A DNA stretch of 64,000 nucleotides from an uncultured virus (IMG/VR IMGVR_UViG_648861014_000005) (IMGVR_UViG_648861014_000005); one strand, 5' to 3'. Counted from the first letter of the stretch, positions 10,130 to 20,587 are shown. Numbers and translations: made by a program. Notes: a model not told the origin generated them from the letters alone.

Positions 10130-10945
10130 TCAGCCCTCCTGCGTTGCCAGAATTAGATGGCCGTTTTGATCAATGGAGAATGTGAGACCCGGAGGCCCGA
10201 TGTCCCAACAAAGATATTTGGATGTGTCGAAGTCGCCGGTACCGTTCTCTAAAATCAGATGATCGTCTTCGCGGTAGAGGCCATAAAACACGCTGCCTGC
10301 TGCCAGCAGTTCTTCTGCTTTTGCTTTTGCAGCCTCCGCCCGCTCAACAGCTGACTGGACAGAACTAACAACTGATTGGGCAGCCTTTTGTGCAGCATCG
10401 TCAAACGTCTCCTGAACATCGGCCGCAATTTCTTCTGCCCGTTTTTTTGCAGCCTCCGCAGCATCCCTGGCAGCCGTTATTCCTTGCGCATGAGCCTGGG
10501 CATTAGAAATATCAGACGCTGTCGGACCTGCTGTCGGCTGACCGTCAGCGTCAAACATCATGACCGTGCCAGCCCGGTCAGCCTTTTGGGGGAACGGCTC
10601 AATCGTTTCCTCGTCCGGAACCCTGAGTGAATGCGTAATATCGGTTTCGGGAAGCGGTCCTATCCGGGTCCACTGCCCCTGACCTGACACCCCTGACTTG
10701 CGGTAAATACCACGTTTGTCAGATGAAGCGTCTCCCCAGACTTTGGCCTCGGCACCTTCGCCCCAGTCAAGATCCGCTTCCAGCTCGGCCAAAGTCGCAA
10801 GGCTCGGGCCCCGTCTTGCATCCAGCTGTGCGGCAAGTTTGGTTGCCGGCATGACGACTGTCTTTTTGTGGCCCGCCACTTCAGCATGACCAATAACCTC
10901 ATCCAGTATCGGGACAACGTCCAAATGGCTGGTTCTGATTCCCAT
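10130..10945 (-). CDS. Tail fibre anchor/adaptor protein
   Basis: Between TipJ and the RCC1 gene; Ala-rich coiled coil. Confidence 0.6.
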   Translation of the reverse strand: MGIRTSHLDVVPILDEVIGHAEVAGHKKTVVMPATKLAAQLDARRGPSLATLAELEADLDWGEGAEAKVWGDASSDKRGIYRKSGVSGQGQWTRIGPLPETDITHSLRVPDEETIEPFPQKADRAGTVMMFDADGQPTAGPTASDISNAQAHAQGITAARDAAEAAKKRAEEIAADVQETFDDAAQKAAQSVVSSVQSAVERAEAAKAKAEELLAAGSVFYGLYREDDHLILENGTGDFDTSKYLCWDIGPPGLTFSIDQNGHLILATQEG

Positions 10946-10970
10946 GTGATGGCTCCGCTAAACAGACAGC

Positions 10971-11002
10971 AAAAAGACGCGTTTCGCACAGGCGAAAGCC
11001 GC
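10971..11002 (-). terminator. Probable intrinsic terminator in the late operon
   Basis: Minus strand GCGGCTTTCGCCTGTGCGAAACGCGTC followed by TTTTT. Confidence 0.4.
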
Positions 11003-11042
11003 ATTGAAAGAGTTGCTTGGTAAGGTTCGATGAGATGTAAGG

Positions 11043-11144
11043 TCAGAGCATGCCGCGTGTCTGTTTGACCACTCGATTTGCTCTATCTATTTGTTTTCAC
11101 CCACTTGCGGAACGGAGTTCCGTCGCTTCGCCTGAACACGCTCA
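11043..11144. repeat. Rhizobiales-type short palindromic intergenic repeat (RIME/Bru-RS-like)
   Basis: Starts at the TipJ stop codon; core 11124-11142 is 18/19 identical to 25331-25349. Confidence 0.55.
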
Positions 11145-14100
11145 AGTAATCACTGCGGTATAGGGGCCCGACACAGGCCCGGCCACATCGTCCTCATTCT
11201 TCGGCTCAAGATAATAATCATAGGACCCTGCCGGCAACAGCGCGCCATCTTCACCTGTGGCATCGCCGTCAATAACCTCAAGTGTTGAAGACCTGGAAAC
11301 CCCATGAGTTCCAATAACGTGGGCCTCACGATCAAGTACGCCGGCACTGGCAAGACGATAGATAACAACTGCCACTACATTCTCGTCGTTCTGGGTCACG
11401 ATGGTGACTTTCGCATGAGCCTTCCCGCCAACAACACCACTCCCGTTCCCAAGGCCACGCGGAATGCCTGCATCCGTTTCGCCGATCGTGATGCTGAATA
11501 TGGCATTGTAAGGTCCTGGAAGACCATTGGGCGTCAAGGCACGAGCCCGCAATTGAACCCTGTCCCCGACCTCATAGCCGGAGATCGCCCCGCCGCCCTC
11601 AGCGGCTGTTACGTCAACACTTGTCCACGGCGATGTCCCAGAAAGCCTGTGATCAATCTCAAAACGCCCGATAGTGGCAGAGCTGCCCGAGCCTGGAACC
11701 AAAAGCACATCAAGACCATTTGCAGACCCGGTCCCGGCAACGCCCGTTCGAATGGCCGTAAAGCGCGGCCTTGCCGGAATGGACAGCTGGTCATCCAGTT
11801 CCGATCCAATCACGCCAGACCATGTTGGCGGCTCCTCCGCATCCGTCAACGCATCGATTTCAGGGGCTGCATCAACGAATGTGATGTGGCTGGTAAAATC
11901 CTGCCCCGCCTCAATCCCGCGAACAATAAGTGGCTTGCTTTCTTGGGACGCCTTGCCAAAATGGACAATGTCACCAGCCTTCGGCAACACCCCACCGCCA
12001 TCAACCCGGATCACGCATCCAGGCTCACTCTCGAAGACAACGCTACGCAGGCTTGACGTTCCAATTGTGTCTTCTTCACAGATCCCGGTTCTAAAGCGGA
12101 CAGCATAGTCAGCGCCTTCTTCCATTTGGATCTCTTCATCCAGAACAATCAGATTGCCCTCAACACGCTTTACGTGTGCTGCCACCTGCGATTTTTCCAG
12201 AACATCCAGGGATCCCATGATCAAATCACCGCGCGTTGCAACACGAACCGCCCCATCCTGAAGAGCAGAATAGCGATTAGGGCGATGGATGATTTCGTAC
12301 ATGCGCCGACGCGCCTCAATCCAGATCTCATCCGGATTGGTTTTTCCCGGAAGTTCAATTTCTTCCGTCAAGTTGATCTCACCGGAAAAACCGGGCCACG
12401 GCACGACACGCTCTGCCGGTTCAAACTCGTTGGTCTCATCAAAAAACGGAACCCGGAAGGCATCTGGCGGATCCAGATATGTGCGCGTCCACTTGAAGCC
12501 GTCCGAATTGCGCGGGCTGATATGGTCAACAACCATGTCCTGAGGTCGATCAATAACGACACTCCACTTAACCCCGTCATGGCGCGGAGTGGCGCGGCCC
12601 GCTGCCGCAATCAGCTGCAGAACTTCAAAGAGCGTCAGATCGCGGTCCAGCACAAAGTTGAACTTGAGACCCTTGGCAGCACAAAATTCATGCCAATCCT
12701 GAAGGAAACCCAGATCGATCCCACTGTCTGCCACCGGATAGGGATTGGCCGGAGACTGAAGAACAAATCGGTAGAGCGCCGCCGGATTTGACGTTTCGCG
12801 GGAGATCCAGCTCCCACCTGCCTTGTCCCAATCCAGGCACACCCGAGACACCAGAGCACTGAAATTATCGAGAGAGTTGTTAAGCTGGTAAGTGGCCTTG
12901 ATACGAAGGGCAGCCAGTGCGAGCGGGCGATCAAAGTTCAAGGGGTACTCAGGACGCAGGGACTGCAAAACCAGAAAAACCGTCCGATCCTGTTCCCGGT
13001 CATTCGTTCGCTCATTCGTTAATCGCGTCACCTCAACTTCATAGCGTCCACGCTTTGGAAATTCCCAGCTATGCTGGCGATAAAACGCCTCTCGCTTGCC
13101 CGCACTCACATTAAGCGTCGTGACCGTGGTCCAGTCATCACCACTTTGCAGGGCTCTGTATCTGATCCGCACAGAGACACTCAAGGACTGAAGTTTACCA
13201 TTGGAATTATAGTGAAACAGTCCGCCCGGGAACGAGATGATAACCGACGCGCCCGTGGAATTTGCAGCTGTGTAGCGGGTCACCGGTTTTTCATTGGCAG
13301 GTCCCGAGACGACTGTGCCTGCATCATTTCTGGGAAGTGGCCTTGTCAGATCAGACCCAACAGCCTCTTCAATCACCTGTTTGGGATAAAGCGTCAAAGG
13401 CGCATCGCCGGAAAGCCCTTCCCGGGTTTCGATTTCAATTTCGTCATATTCATCGAGATCTGTGGTACCAAGTTTGAATTCAGACAATTTGAGAGGGCCA
13501 TACCCAAACAGGAACAGGGCACGCACATACTGGATATCTCCAACAATTTCCGTATAGGAAATCGCGCCAAAAGGCGGAGCATAACGATGCTTGCCGAGCG
13601 CAACCGGGACAGCGCCATCTGGTGAAAGCCGGTTTTTCCAGCCCGTGATCGTGTAGGACTGCTTGACTTCATTACCCCCCGCACCGGACTGGTCGCCCGG
13701 ATTGGCAGACGTAGGCGGCACAAGCGCATTTACCAAAAGGTTCCCAAGTGCAGACAGGCCCAAAGTCAGACCAGCAGAGACAACAGCTGCAGATATTCCA
13801 AGCGCACCGGCAATTGGAACAGCCCAAAGCTGACCGAGAGCGACAGCTGCAATGGTAACAACAATCATCAAAATGGTTCGAATTGCACTTTTACCCGGCA
13901 GGGCCCGGATCAAAACACGCACACCTGGACGAGGACGGACAAACTGCCAGTTTCGTTGCTCAACCGGCATGGCACCTTGCTCATTTACCAAGACCACACG
14001 CAAGGGTAGATTCCCGGCAGCGTCAGCGCTTATTCCAAGACCCGGCAGCACGCTCGCAACGATTTCAGCAAGGCTCATTCCGCAAGGAAGGTCCAGATCG

Positions 14101-14216
14101 ATCCGGCCAAGACCAGGATCAAGCAAACAGGGAGATGCAAGCACAGGCAATGTGTTTGTCGCCTTGATATCTTGAGCCTTAACCGGAACTTTATCTGGGG
14201 GCATGCTCTCGCTCAT
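11142..14216 (-). CDS. Central tail tip / host-specificity protein J (TipJ-like) with N-terminal gpI-like segment
   Basis: 1024 aa; GAVPVALGKHRYAPP, TSNPAAL motifs; FN3-like C-terminus; follows NlpC/P60. Confidence 0.85.
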   Translation of the reverse strand: MSESMPPDKVPVKAQDIKATNTLPVLASPCLLDPGLGRIDLDLPCGMSLAEIVASVLPGLGISADAAGNLPLRVVLVNEQGAMPVEQRNWQFVRPRPGVRVLIRALPGKSAIRTILMIVVTIAAVALGQLWAVPIAGALGISAAVVSAGLTLGLSALGNLLVNALVPPTSANPGDQSGAGGNEVKQSYTITGWKNRLSPDGAVPVALGKHRYAPPFGAISYTEIVGDIQYVRALFLFGYGPLKLSEFKLGTTDLDEYDEIEIETREGLSGDAPLTLYPKQVIEEAVGSDLTRPLPRNDAGTVVSGPANEKPVTRYTAANSTGASVIISFPGGLFHYNSNGKLQSLSVSVRIRYRALQSGDDWTTVTTLNVSAGKREAFYRQHSWEFPKRGRYEVEVTRLTNERTNDREQDRTVFLVLQSLRPEYPLNFDRPLALAALRIKATYQLNNSLDNFSALVSRVCLDWDKAGGSWISRETSNPAALYRFVLQSPANPYPVADSGIDLGFLQDWHEFCAAKGLKFNFVLDRDLTLFEVLQLIAAAGRATPRHDGVKWSVVIDRPQDMVVDHISPRNSDGFKWTRTYLDPPDAFRVPFFDETNEFEPAERVVPWPGFSGEINLTEEIELPGKTNPDEIWIEARRRMYEIIHRPNRYSALQDGAVRVATRGDLIMGSLDVLEKSQVAAHVKRVEGNLIVLDEEIQMEEGADYAVRFRTGICEEDTIGTSSLRSVVFESEPGCVIRVDGGGVLPKAGDIVHFGKASQESKPLIVRGIEAGQDFTSHITFVDAAPEIDALTDAEEPPTWSGVIGSELDDQLSIPARPRFTAIRTGVAGTGSANGLDVLLVPGSGSSATIGRFEIDHRLSGTSPWTSVDVTAAEGGGAISGYEVGDRVQLRARALTPNGLPGPYNAIFSITIGETDAGIPRGLGNGSGVVGGKAHAKVTIVTQNDENVVAVVIYRLASAGVLDREAHVIGTHGVSRSSTLEVIDGDATGEDGALLPAGSYDYYLEPKNEDDVAGPVSGPYTAVIT

Positions 14217-14626
14217 GCTATGGCTCTCATCTTTTTATGCCGGAAATGCCCGATCAACCGATGCTTCCAGGCCCCGACACAGTAGCGCTCCAGCTTGGCC
14301 TGATCATCGCCGCAGACATGAAGCATCAAACCAGGCGTCACCACGACCCCACAATGGGCAGCCCCACGCCCTCTTCGAAAGAGCGCAATATCAAACATGG
14401 ACGGCTCTTCAACCTGACCCCACGGCCCCTGGCTAACGCCTCCGCAAAAAAGCCCGTCGATTTCCTCGCGCTCTTCACAGCTGACATAATCCTCATGATA
14501 GGAGGCAAGTTGGATCCCCAGTTTCTCGCGATAGACCAAAACAACAAGGCCGTAGCAGTCGCACCCACCCCGATCGCGACCAAGATTTAAAAACGGGATG
14601 CCAATATAGGAATTGGTCCAGCTCAT
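14213..14626 (-). CDS. NlpC/P60 tail-associated peptidase
   Basis: GRDRGGCDCYGLV and AHCGVV motifs. Confidence 0.9.
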   Translation of the reverse strand: MSWTNSYIGIPFLNLGRDRGGCDCYGLVVLVYREKLGIQLASYHEDYVSCEEREEIDGLFCGGVSQGPWGQVEEPSMFDIALFRRGRGAAHCGVVVTPGLMLHVCGDDQAKLERYCVGAWKHRLIGHFRHKKMRAIA

Positions 14627-15147
14627 CGATGAAGCCCCGGAAAGCGTTGCTTGGTCATGCGAGCACTTGGGAATGCCTCTTCTTCAATTGACTCCCGGCT
14701 AATTGAGAGCGTGATTTCCGACGCATCACCCTCGGCCCGCACAAGGCGCAAATCGCGATACTCAGCTTCAATCACGTCCGGGCTTGAGGCCAAAACAATA
14801 GCCATATGGGCCGTTGCCCTGGTTGTTATGGATTGAAGAACGTCTGCAATGCCTCTGGTGACATTTTCCAGCACAAGTGTTGCCTCAGCTGGAGCCTCTT
14901 CCAGATCACTGGGTAAATCCGTTGAAACCAGAACAAAGTGAAACGGTTCGCTTGACGGATTGCTGTCATTGAACGTTGACCTTGTCCCGTAAGCAAGAGG
15001 GTCGCTCCACAAGCGCTCAGTTGGATCGCTCGATAGACGCACCGGCTCCTCAAGCTCTGAGTGTTCAAACACAAACAAAGCCACCTCGACTTCATCAGAT
15101 GAAGCATCCTCCAGCGACAAACGCTGGTTCAGTGAAACACGGCGCAT
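14623..15147 (-). CDS. DUF1833-like tail tip protein
   Basis: Start reassigned to MRRVSLN; ends FPGLHR; typical position. Confidence 0.7.
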   Translation of the reverse strand: MRRVSLNQRLSLEDASSDEVEVALFVFEHSELEEPVRLSSDPTERLWSDPLAYGTRSTFNDSNPSSEPFHFVLVSTDLPSDLEEAPAEATLVLENVTRGIADVLQSITTRATAHMAIVLASSPDVIEAEYRDLRLVRAEGDASEITLSISRESIEEEAFPSARMTKQRFPGLHR

Positions 15148-15148
15148 G

Positions 15149-15568
15149 TTACGGCATAACCACGATAGGAAAAGAAATCTGGAAGCGAATACCGCGTGTG
15201 GTTTCGTTGGGAGGCTGCTCGCCAAACAGACAAATCCACGGCGCAGAAAGCAGGAGAGGTTCGCCTGTCGGCGTCAACAAACGCTCCCCTCCTGAATCTA
15301 GAAGCCACCACCCGTCACTGGTCGGATCCGGCATCACAAAGGGCCGTGTCCCTTCAAGCGTTGCGTGGTGATAGAACTGATCAAAAACGGCCTTTTGATC
15401 CCGGTCAACACTGATTGAAAACCCATAAAACTGCGCCACGGAGGAAAACCGGCGACGAAAGGAAGGCGGGCCGGTTTCCCGGCGTCTTTTAAGACGCGGG
15501 TCCTGTGGCTGACGCTGATAGCTGCTCCGTTGAGGCTTGGGAAGATCGTCAGGCCACTCAAGCATCAC
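15149..15568 (-). CDS. Distal tail protein (putative)
   Basis: Directly after the tape measure gene; WPDDLPKP N-terminus. Confidence 0.65.
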   Translation of the reverse strand: MMLEWPDDLPKPQRSSYQRQPQDPRLKRRRETGPPSFRRRFSSVAQFYGFSISVDRDQKAVFDQFYHHATLEGTRPFVMPDPTSDGWWLLDSGGERLLTPTGEPLLLSAPWICLFGEQPPNETTRGIRFQISFPIVVMP

Positions 15569-18500
15569 CGCTTCACCCGCTTTTTCGTCAGACCATAGTC
15601 CTGACCAAGCGTCTTTTGTGCAGCACCACCACGCATGTTGATACCATCGGCAATCTGCTCTGACATTATGAAACGAATACTGCGTCCGCCACGCTCGTCC
15701 CGCTCCTCTTCAACATCAACATGAGCCTTTGAGTAGTTGTTCACGACCACGCTGACAGGGGGAGCAGCAGGTGCAACAAAAGCCCCGGCCCGCATTCCAT
15801 TTTCATTCGCCGAAACAGGAGGAGACGCAAACGATGCAAAGGCCGAAGGCCCATGGGAGCTTACAAATCCGCCCGCCTGATACCCTTTCAAGGTGTTGCG
15901 ATGCAAAGCCTCCAGTACATCAACGCCAATACGCCGCGTTGCCGGGGCGCTGAATACATACTCGTTGGCATGAACAACCCCTTTGACCTGATTATCTGCA
16001 CCTGGCCCCGTCGCGCCGCCCTCCTGGAAGCCAAACAATCCGCCAATCCCCTTAAAGAGACCTGCAAAGAACCCGCCAAAGCCTCCCCCGCCTCCCAATC
16101 CTCCACCGGCAAGCCCACCTCCGGCCTCACTCAGTCCGGAGAAGACGTTTTGAAGTCCGCGTGACAAGCTACCTGCAAGGTTTTGGGATTCTCCGGCAAA
16201 CGAAGTCGCTGTGTTGGCAAGTGAACCGGAACTGTTCGCAAGAGACGATACGGCCTGGCCGACCCCCCCATCAAAGCGGGTCAGGCTTGACGCCGAATTT
16301 GAAAGCCCGCCCCCAAACGTATCCAGCGCGTCTTGCGCTGCCTGCAGTCTGCCAGTCCAGTTATGCATGGCTTCAGGGTTGCCCCAGCTAAAGCCGGAGG
16401 GACGCTCAAAGCCGCCAAAGGCAGCCGTTGCCTCACGCAAATTGGAGCTGTTTTGCAAAGCGCGAAAGGCGCGCCCTTCTGTGGACATCAGCTCCGACCA
16501 GGCGAAATTGAGCTGCCCCTGCACATTTCCAAGATTCTTGCGGCCACCAATGAAATCAAACAGATTAAAACGCCTGTCATTGTGCTGAAATAATCCAAAT
16601 GCATTACCCCCATCCCCCACAGCCAGCGGATTAAAGGCGCTTTCTGCCTTGACGTGACCAAGAATTGCAGCCGTCTGAAAATCCTTGAGACCCTTTTGGG
16701 AAAAGAAGTTCCAGACCTGCGAGGCAACTGATCCATCAAAAGACGGGGCAGCAGGCGAAGTAAGAGGAATGGAAGATCGCGCCCCTTGCAAACCAACCAC
16801 TGACCCGAAAGCCGGGTTTGCAGCAGATTGAGCCGGTGCTCCTGACAGTGCTGGAACAGTGACACCACCCGATGTCCGACCGGTTATCGATCCAAGTAGT
16901 CTCGACAGAAAATCATTCGGGGCGGCTCCGCCAAACAGAAAGTTCAGCTGCCCCGCCAGAAAGTCCCGCAAAATCTGTTTGGCAAGATTTTCCAGAACAT
17001 CGGAGAATTTTTCTCCATTGACAATCGCATCTGCAAATCCGTCCGCAAGCTCCTTTCGCAAGGGACTGACAGCCTCTTTCAAATCCGAGGCCTTGCGTTC
17101 TGCAAGATAAAGCTTTGCTGCATAGGCGTTCGGCCCATTGCCATGGGACAACTCCTCCAATCGCAAAAGCGACGTTGCCGCATCATCCGCCGCCGAAGCG
17201 TAGTCACGCATCGCCTTGACTCTGGCAAGGTTCCCATCCCCTCCCACACGCGCAAAAAGCCCTTCACTCTCGAGTTCGCCAATGCGCTGAAGACGGTCCC
17301 CCAGCTCTTCTGCCGGTGTGCGGCTCGCCTCAATCAGCCGCTTGACTTCAGAAAGTCTCTTTTCCAGCTCACGGCTTGCCGGCTTGTTCAATTGCTCAAG
17401 AGCCTTTTGATAGTCTTTTGCCGCCCGCGTTCTTGCATCTCCCGCCTGCTCAGCAGACAAAAAGCCTTCCCGTTCCGCTGCTGCAATATCCTTCAAGGCG
17501 TCCTGATAAGTCTCAGCTGCCGGTTTGACCTTGCCAATCCAGGCTTGTGCAAGTTTTTCAAGACGGGCCCGCTCCTGCTCTGCAAGATAGGCCTGTTTTT
17601 GATCCTCACCAGTGTCATTTTCCTCCCCAAAAACAAAATCGGGGTCATATCCGTTCCTTCGATCAAGAATGCCCTGATATCGTTGGAGCTCTTTATCGAT
17701 CACTTCAAGATCGTGGCGCGCTGTTTGAATAAGCGATGCGAAACGCTGATCCCCTCGCCCCCCATCTCGCTCTTCCAGACCCTTGAGGCGATCCTGTATT
17801 GCAACCCGCTCGTTCAAAAGGTCATTGTACTTGCCCTGGACGCGACTGGTCGCCTGATCCTCAACCGCACGCGTCAGGTCAACGAGATCGCTAAATCCAC
17901 GCGCGGCCCCTGCCAGAAACTCCATAAGGTCCTTTGCGGCAGGCGCTGCATCCAAAAGAGCGCGGGTCAAATTGCGATCAAGGGTCAGGGCAGACTGTTT
18001 GAGGCTGCTGTCAACCTCCATGGCCTTTTGCACCAGGTCCCGCTCAAAGACATTCCCTGCAAGGCGGGCCTCTTCGATCATCGTGCGGAGATTTTTGGCA
18101 CCAACGTCAATCAGCTCGACAAACCGCTCTCCTGCCGTTCCTCCAAACAGTTCATCTGCGATCCGAATACGGGCAGAACGATCAAATCCTTGCAGGCGGT
18201 CAATAATCTCAAGAAGAAGTTTTGACGGATCTTTCAACTTCTGCTTCAGCTCATCTGCTCCAAACCCAAGCCGTTGAAAAGCCTCGCTCGCAGGACCCTT
18301 GCCCGTAAACACAAACTCGTCAGCCCTCAGGTTCAACTCCTTCAAGCCGTCAGTTAACGCATCTACGGAAATCCTGTTGCGGTCGGCAACGATTTGCAGT
18401 TCCTGGAACCCTTCCACATCAAGGCCTGCGCGGCGGGCAGCATCCCCAACCTCGGCGACGCGTCTGGCAGCATCCTTGGAGGATCGAATGACACTGCCAA

Positions 18501-18795
18501 GGCCAAGGGTCAGCGCCCCAATGCCAATAGCGGCAGCGGCCCCTGCGGGCCCCATGGCTTTCAAGCCAGCACCAACAGCACCAAGGTTCGATGAAAGCCC
18601 CTCACTGCGACCCTTGAGGTCTGACACAGCTGCATCAACAGCCTTGAGGCTCCTTCTGGCCGGTTTGCTGGCTTTCTCAATCCGTTTGAGCGCCTCCTGG
18701 CCTTCCTGCCCGAATTTGCGCAACTCTCGCTGAACCACCTTGCCGTCAACAGCGGCAAGACGGATCCCGACTTGTGGCATTTTATTGCGGGCCAT
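15565..18795 (-). CDS. Tape measure protein with C-terminal phage-tail lysozyme domain
   Basis: 1076 aa, Ala/Gly-rich helical; AAILGHVKAESAFNP...AFGLFQH and FERP lysozyme motifs. Confidence 0.9.
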   Translation of the reverse strand: MARNKMPQVGIRLAAVDGKVVQRELRKFGQEGQEALKRIEKASKPARRSLKAVDAAVSDLKGRSEGLSSNLGAVGAGLKAMGPAGAAAAIGIGALTLGLGSVIRSSKDAARRVAEVGDAARRAGLDVEGFQELQIVADRNRISVDALTDGLKELNLRADEFVFTGKGPASEAFQRLGFGADELKQKLKDPSKLLLEIIDRLQGFDRSARIRIADELFGGTAGERFVELIDVGAKNLRTMIEEARLAGNVFERDLVQKAMEVDSSLKQSALTLDRNLTRALLDAAPAAKDLMEFLAGAARGFSDLVDLTRAVEDQATSRVQGKYNDLLNERVAIQDRLKGLEERDGGRGDQRFASLIQTARHDLEVIDKELQRYQGILDRRNGYDPDFVFGEENDTGEDQKQAYLAEQERARLEKLAQAWIGKVKPAAETYQDALKDIAAAEREGFLSAEQAGDARTRAAKDYQKALEQLNKPASRELEKRLSEVKRLIEASRTPAEELGDRLQRIGELESEGLFARVGGDGNLARVKAMRDYASAADDAATSLLRLEELSHGNGPNAYAAKLYLAERKASDLKEAVSPLRKELADGFADAIVNGEKFSDVLENLAKQILRDFLAGQLNFLFGGAAPNDFLSRLLGSITGRTSGGVTVPALSGAPAQSAANPAFGSVVGLQGARSSIPLTSPAAPSFDGSVASQVWNFFSQKGLKDFQTAAILGHVKAESAFNPLAVGDGGNAFGLFQHNDRRFNLFDFIGGRKNLGNVQGQLNFAWSELMSTEGRAFRALQNSSNLREATAAFGGFERPSGFSWGNPEAMHNWTGRLQAAQDALDTFGGGLSNSASSLTRFDGGVGQAVSSLANSSGSLANTATSFAGESQNLAGSLSRGLQNVFSGLSEAGGGLAGGGLGGGGGFGGFFAGLFKGIGGLFGFQEGGATGPGADNQVKGVVHANEYVFSAPATRRIGVDVLEALHRNTLKGYQAGGFVSSHGPSAFASFASPPVSANENGMRAGAFVAPAAPPVSVVVNNYSKAHVDVEEERDERGGRSIRFIMSEQIADGINMRGGAAQKTLGQDYGLTKKRVKR

Positions 18796-19132
18796 CGTTC
18801 ATACCCTCATGCTCAAAACTCGACTTGAGATAGGCTCTTTCGAAAGTAACGAGGAACTCTGTGACGACAGACATAAAGGCAGGGTCCACATGGCCCGCCC
18901 GGGCCAGTGCTTCCCCGACAATAAGTCCGGTGCGTTTGCCGCTGAACTCTGACACCCGCCAGGAGCCCTGCCCGCTTGCAAGACGAACCGCAAGTCGGCC
19001 AAGAGCCGTCTTTGGAGCAAAGCGTTCAGCTGGACACCGCATGCCACAACTCTGGTTCAGCTTTTTGCATCCCAAGCAGTAGTCCGAACCGCCTCGCCCG
19101 AACCAGGCTGCGAGACGGGCAATTCGTTTCCC
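18782..19132 (-). CDS. Tail assembly chaperone GT extension (-1 frameshift product)
   Basis: Open in the -1 frame from slippery site G GGA AAC at 19126-19132; reads KRIARLAAWFGRGGSDYCLGC... Confidence 0.75.
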   Translation of the reverse strand, partial: GKRIARLAAWFGRGGSDYCLGCKKLNQSCGMRCPAERFAPKTALGRLAVRLASGQGSWRVSEFSGKRTGLIVGEALARAGHVDPAFMSVVTEFLVTFERAYLKSSFEHEGMNDGPQ

Positions 19133-19620
19133 TCTGCACTCACGGTCGCTTGAACCGAATAAGCCACACGGTCAAAAGCAGACTTCATGTCCTTATGCAG
19201 AAGAAACTGCCCAATCGCATCGCGGGACAAGGCAAGTGGCTCACCCTTCTCATTTCCAACATGCTCCCATGAAGAAACGAGCTGCTCAAAAAGAAGAACA
19301 CTGGAGACAAACGACGACAGCCCCAAGAACCTGCGGAGCCGCTCAGCCAAAAAGTCGTTCGCCGCTTCCTCATCACCAGATGAAAAAACACCATCCTCAT
19401 CACTCTCATCAAGCCCCAGACCGTGCTGGGCCAGAAGACTATTTGGCACACCGAACGCTGCCAAAGCGCCCTGGGACATCAAAAAATCCCGGATAGCCTG
19501 CCCCGCTTCCGTTTGCGCCTGTTCAACATCAATTGAGTTGGCAGGTCGCATATGAAGAACAACACCAAAGGGCAACGACACAGACCGTTCCTCAAAGGAA
19601 TATGCCGACGGCTTAAACAT
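19057..19620 (-). CDS. Tail assembly chaperone G
   Basis: Between tail tube and tape measure genes; in-frame G GGA AAC heptamer near the 3' end. Confidence 0.8.
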   Translation of the reverse strand: MFKPSAYSFEERSVSLPFGVVLHMRPANSIDVEQAQTEAGQAIRDFLMSQGALAAFGVPNSLLAQHGLGLDESDEDGVFSSGDEEAANDFLAERLRRFLGLSSFVSSVLLFEQLVSSWEHVGNEKGEPLALSRDAIGQFLLHKDMKSAFDRVAYSVQATVSAEGNELPVSQPGSGEAVRTTAWDAKS

Positions 19621-20587
19621 TATAAGCCTCGACCCCATTCTCCACTGTCACGCTCAGCATGGCCTTGTGTGCAGTTTGCTCCGCCCGCCAGTTAAACTCC
19701 GCCTGCAATCCACCCGGCCCCGACACAGGCGCAAAAGGGGCCTTTTCAAACCGAACAGTGGGAAGAGAAAGCAGTATCCTGGCGCTTTGCGACAAGGAAA
19801 ACTCCAGCTCCATCGAGACCGGGTCCCCCGCCGCCATGATGTCGTAATAAGCATCATTTACATACCGAACCCGGCCCGAACCGTTACAACTGGCATCTTC
19901 ATCCAATGCATACCCGGCCAGATACTTATCTCCTGTCAAATCATCAGAGGCAGAAGGATTGTTCTGGTAATTGAAAGAACCACCCAGGAAATTGGCGGCA
20001 TCAACCCCATTGATCCGCATCAAACCCTTGGCGGCTGGTATTTGCCCCAACGGCAACTGTTCTGCCACAGAACCACCTTTACTGGCTGCAAGTTTTGTCT
20101 GGCTTCGACCGACCAATGAAACCGTTGCCTGACGAAAACCACTTGCCCGCGCAGTGTCAAACGATATCCCGGCTGCCAAACACCCAACATTTTGGAAAAA
20201 CGCTGCGCCCGCCCGCTTCTCCACTTCAATGGTCCGATAGGAAAGAACTTCACCGCCGCTGGTGAACACATGCGTATAGGGACCATCACCGCTTGTAACA
20301 GGTGACCCGAAAAGCATGGTCAACCAATAGGGCAAGTGATTGACATCCATGGGCACGACAACTTCACCGCTCATGCTGACCAACCCAGGTGCAGGCCCTG
20401 TCTGATCACGGTTGTTGTGACGGTCTGTACCAAGAAGCGGGTCAGCTTCTTGCGGCTCACTCTCACCCAGGTTTTCAGAGTAAAATGGCGTTGCCAAATA
20501 CGTTCCCTCTGAGGCGGTGTGAAAATCCGCCTGGTCAGAAAAAAGCAGATTTGCGGTCTTGCCGCGCGGGGTTGCACTGGTCGGCAT
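19613..20587 (-). CDS. Major tail tube protein
   Basis: 324 aa; GPYTHVFTSG motif; position. Confidence 0.85.
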   Translation of the reverse strand: MPTSATPRGKTANLLFSDQADFHTASEGTYLATPFYSENLGESEPQEADPLLGTDRHNNRDQTGPAPGLVSMSGEVVVPMDVNHLPYWLTMLFGSPVTSGDGPYTHVFTSGGEVLSYRTIEVEKRAGAAFFQNVGCLAAGISFDTARASGFRQATVSLVGRSQTKLAASKGGSVAEQLPLGQIPAAKGLMRINGVDAANFLGGSFNYQNNPSASDDLTGDKYLAGYALDEDASCNGSGRVRYVNDAYYDIMAAGDPVSMELEFSLSQSARILLSLPTVRFEKAPFAPVSGPGGLQAEFNWRAEQTAHKAMLSVTVENGVEAYNV

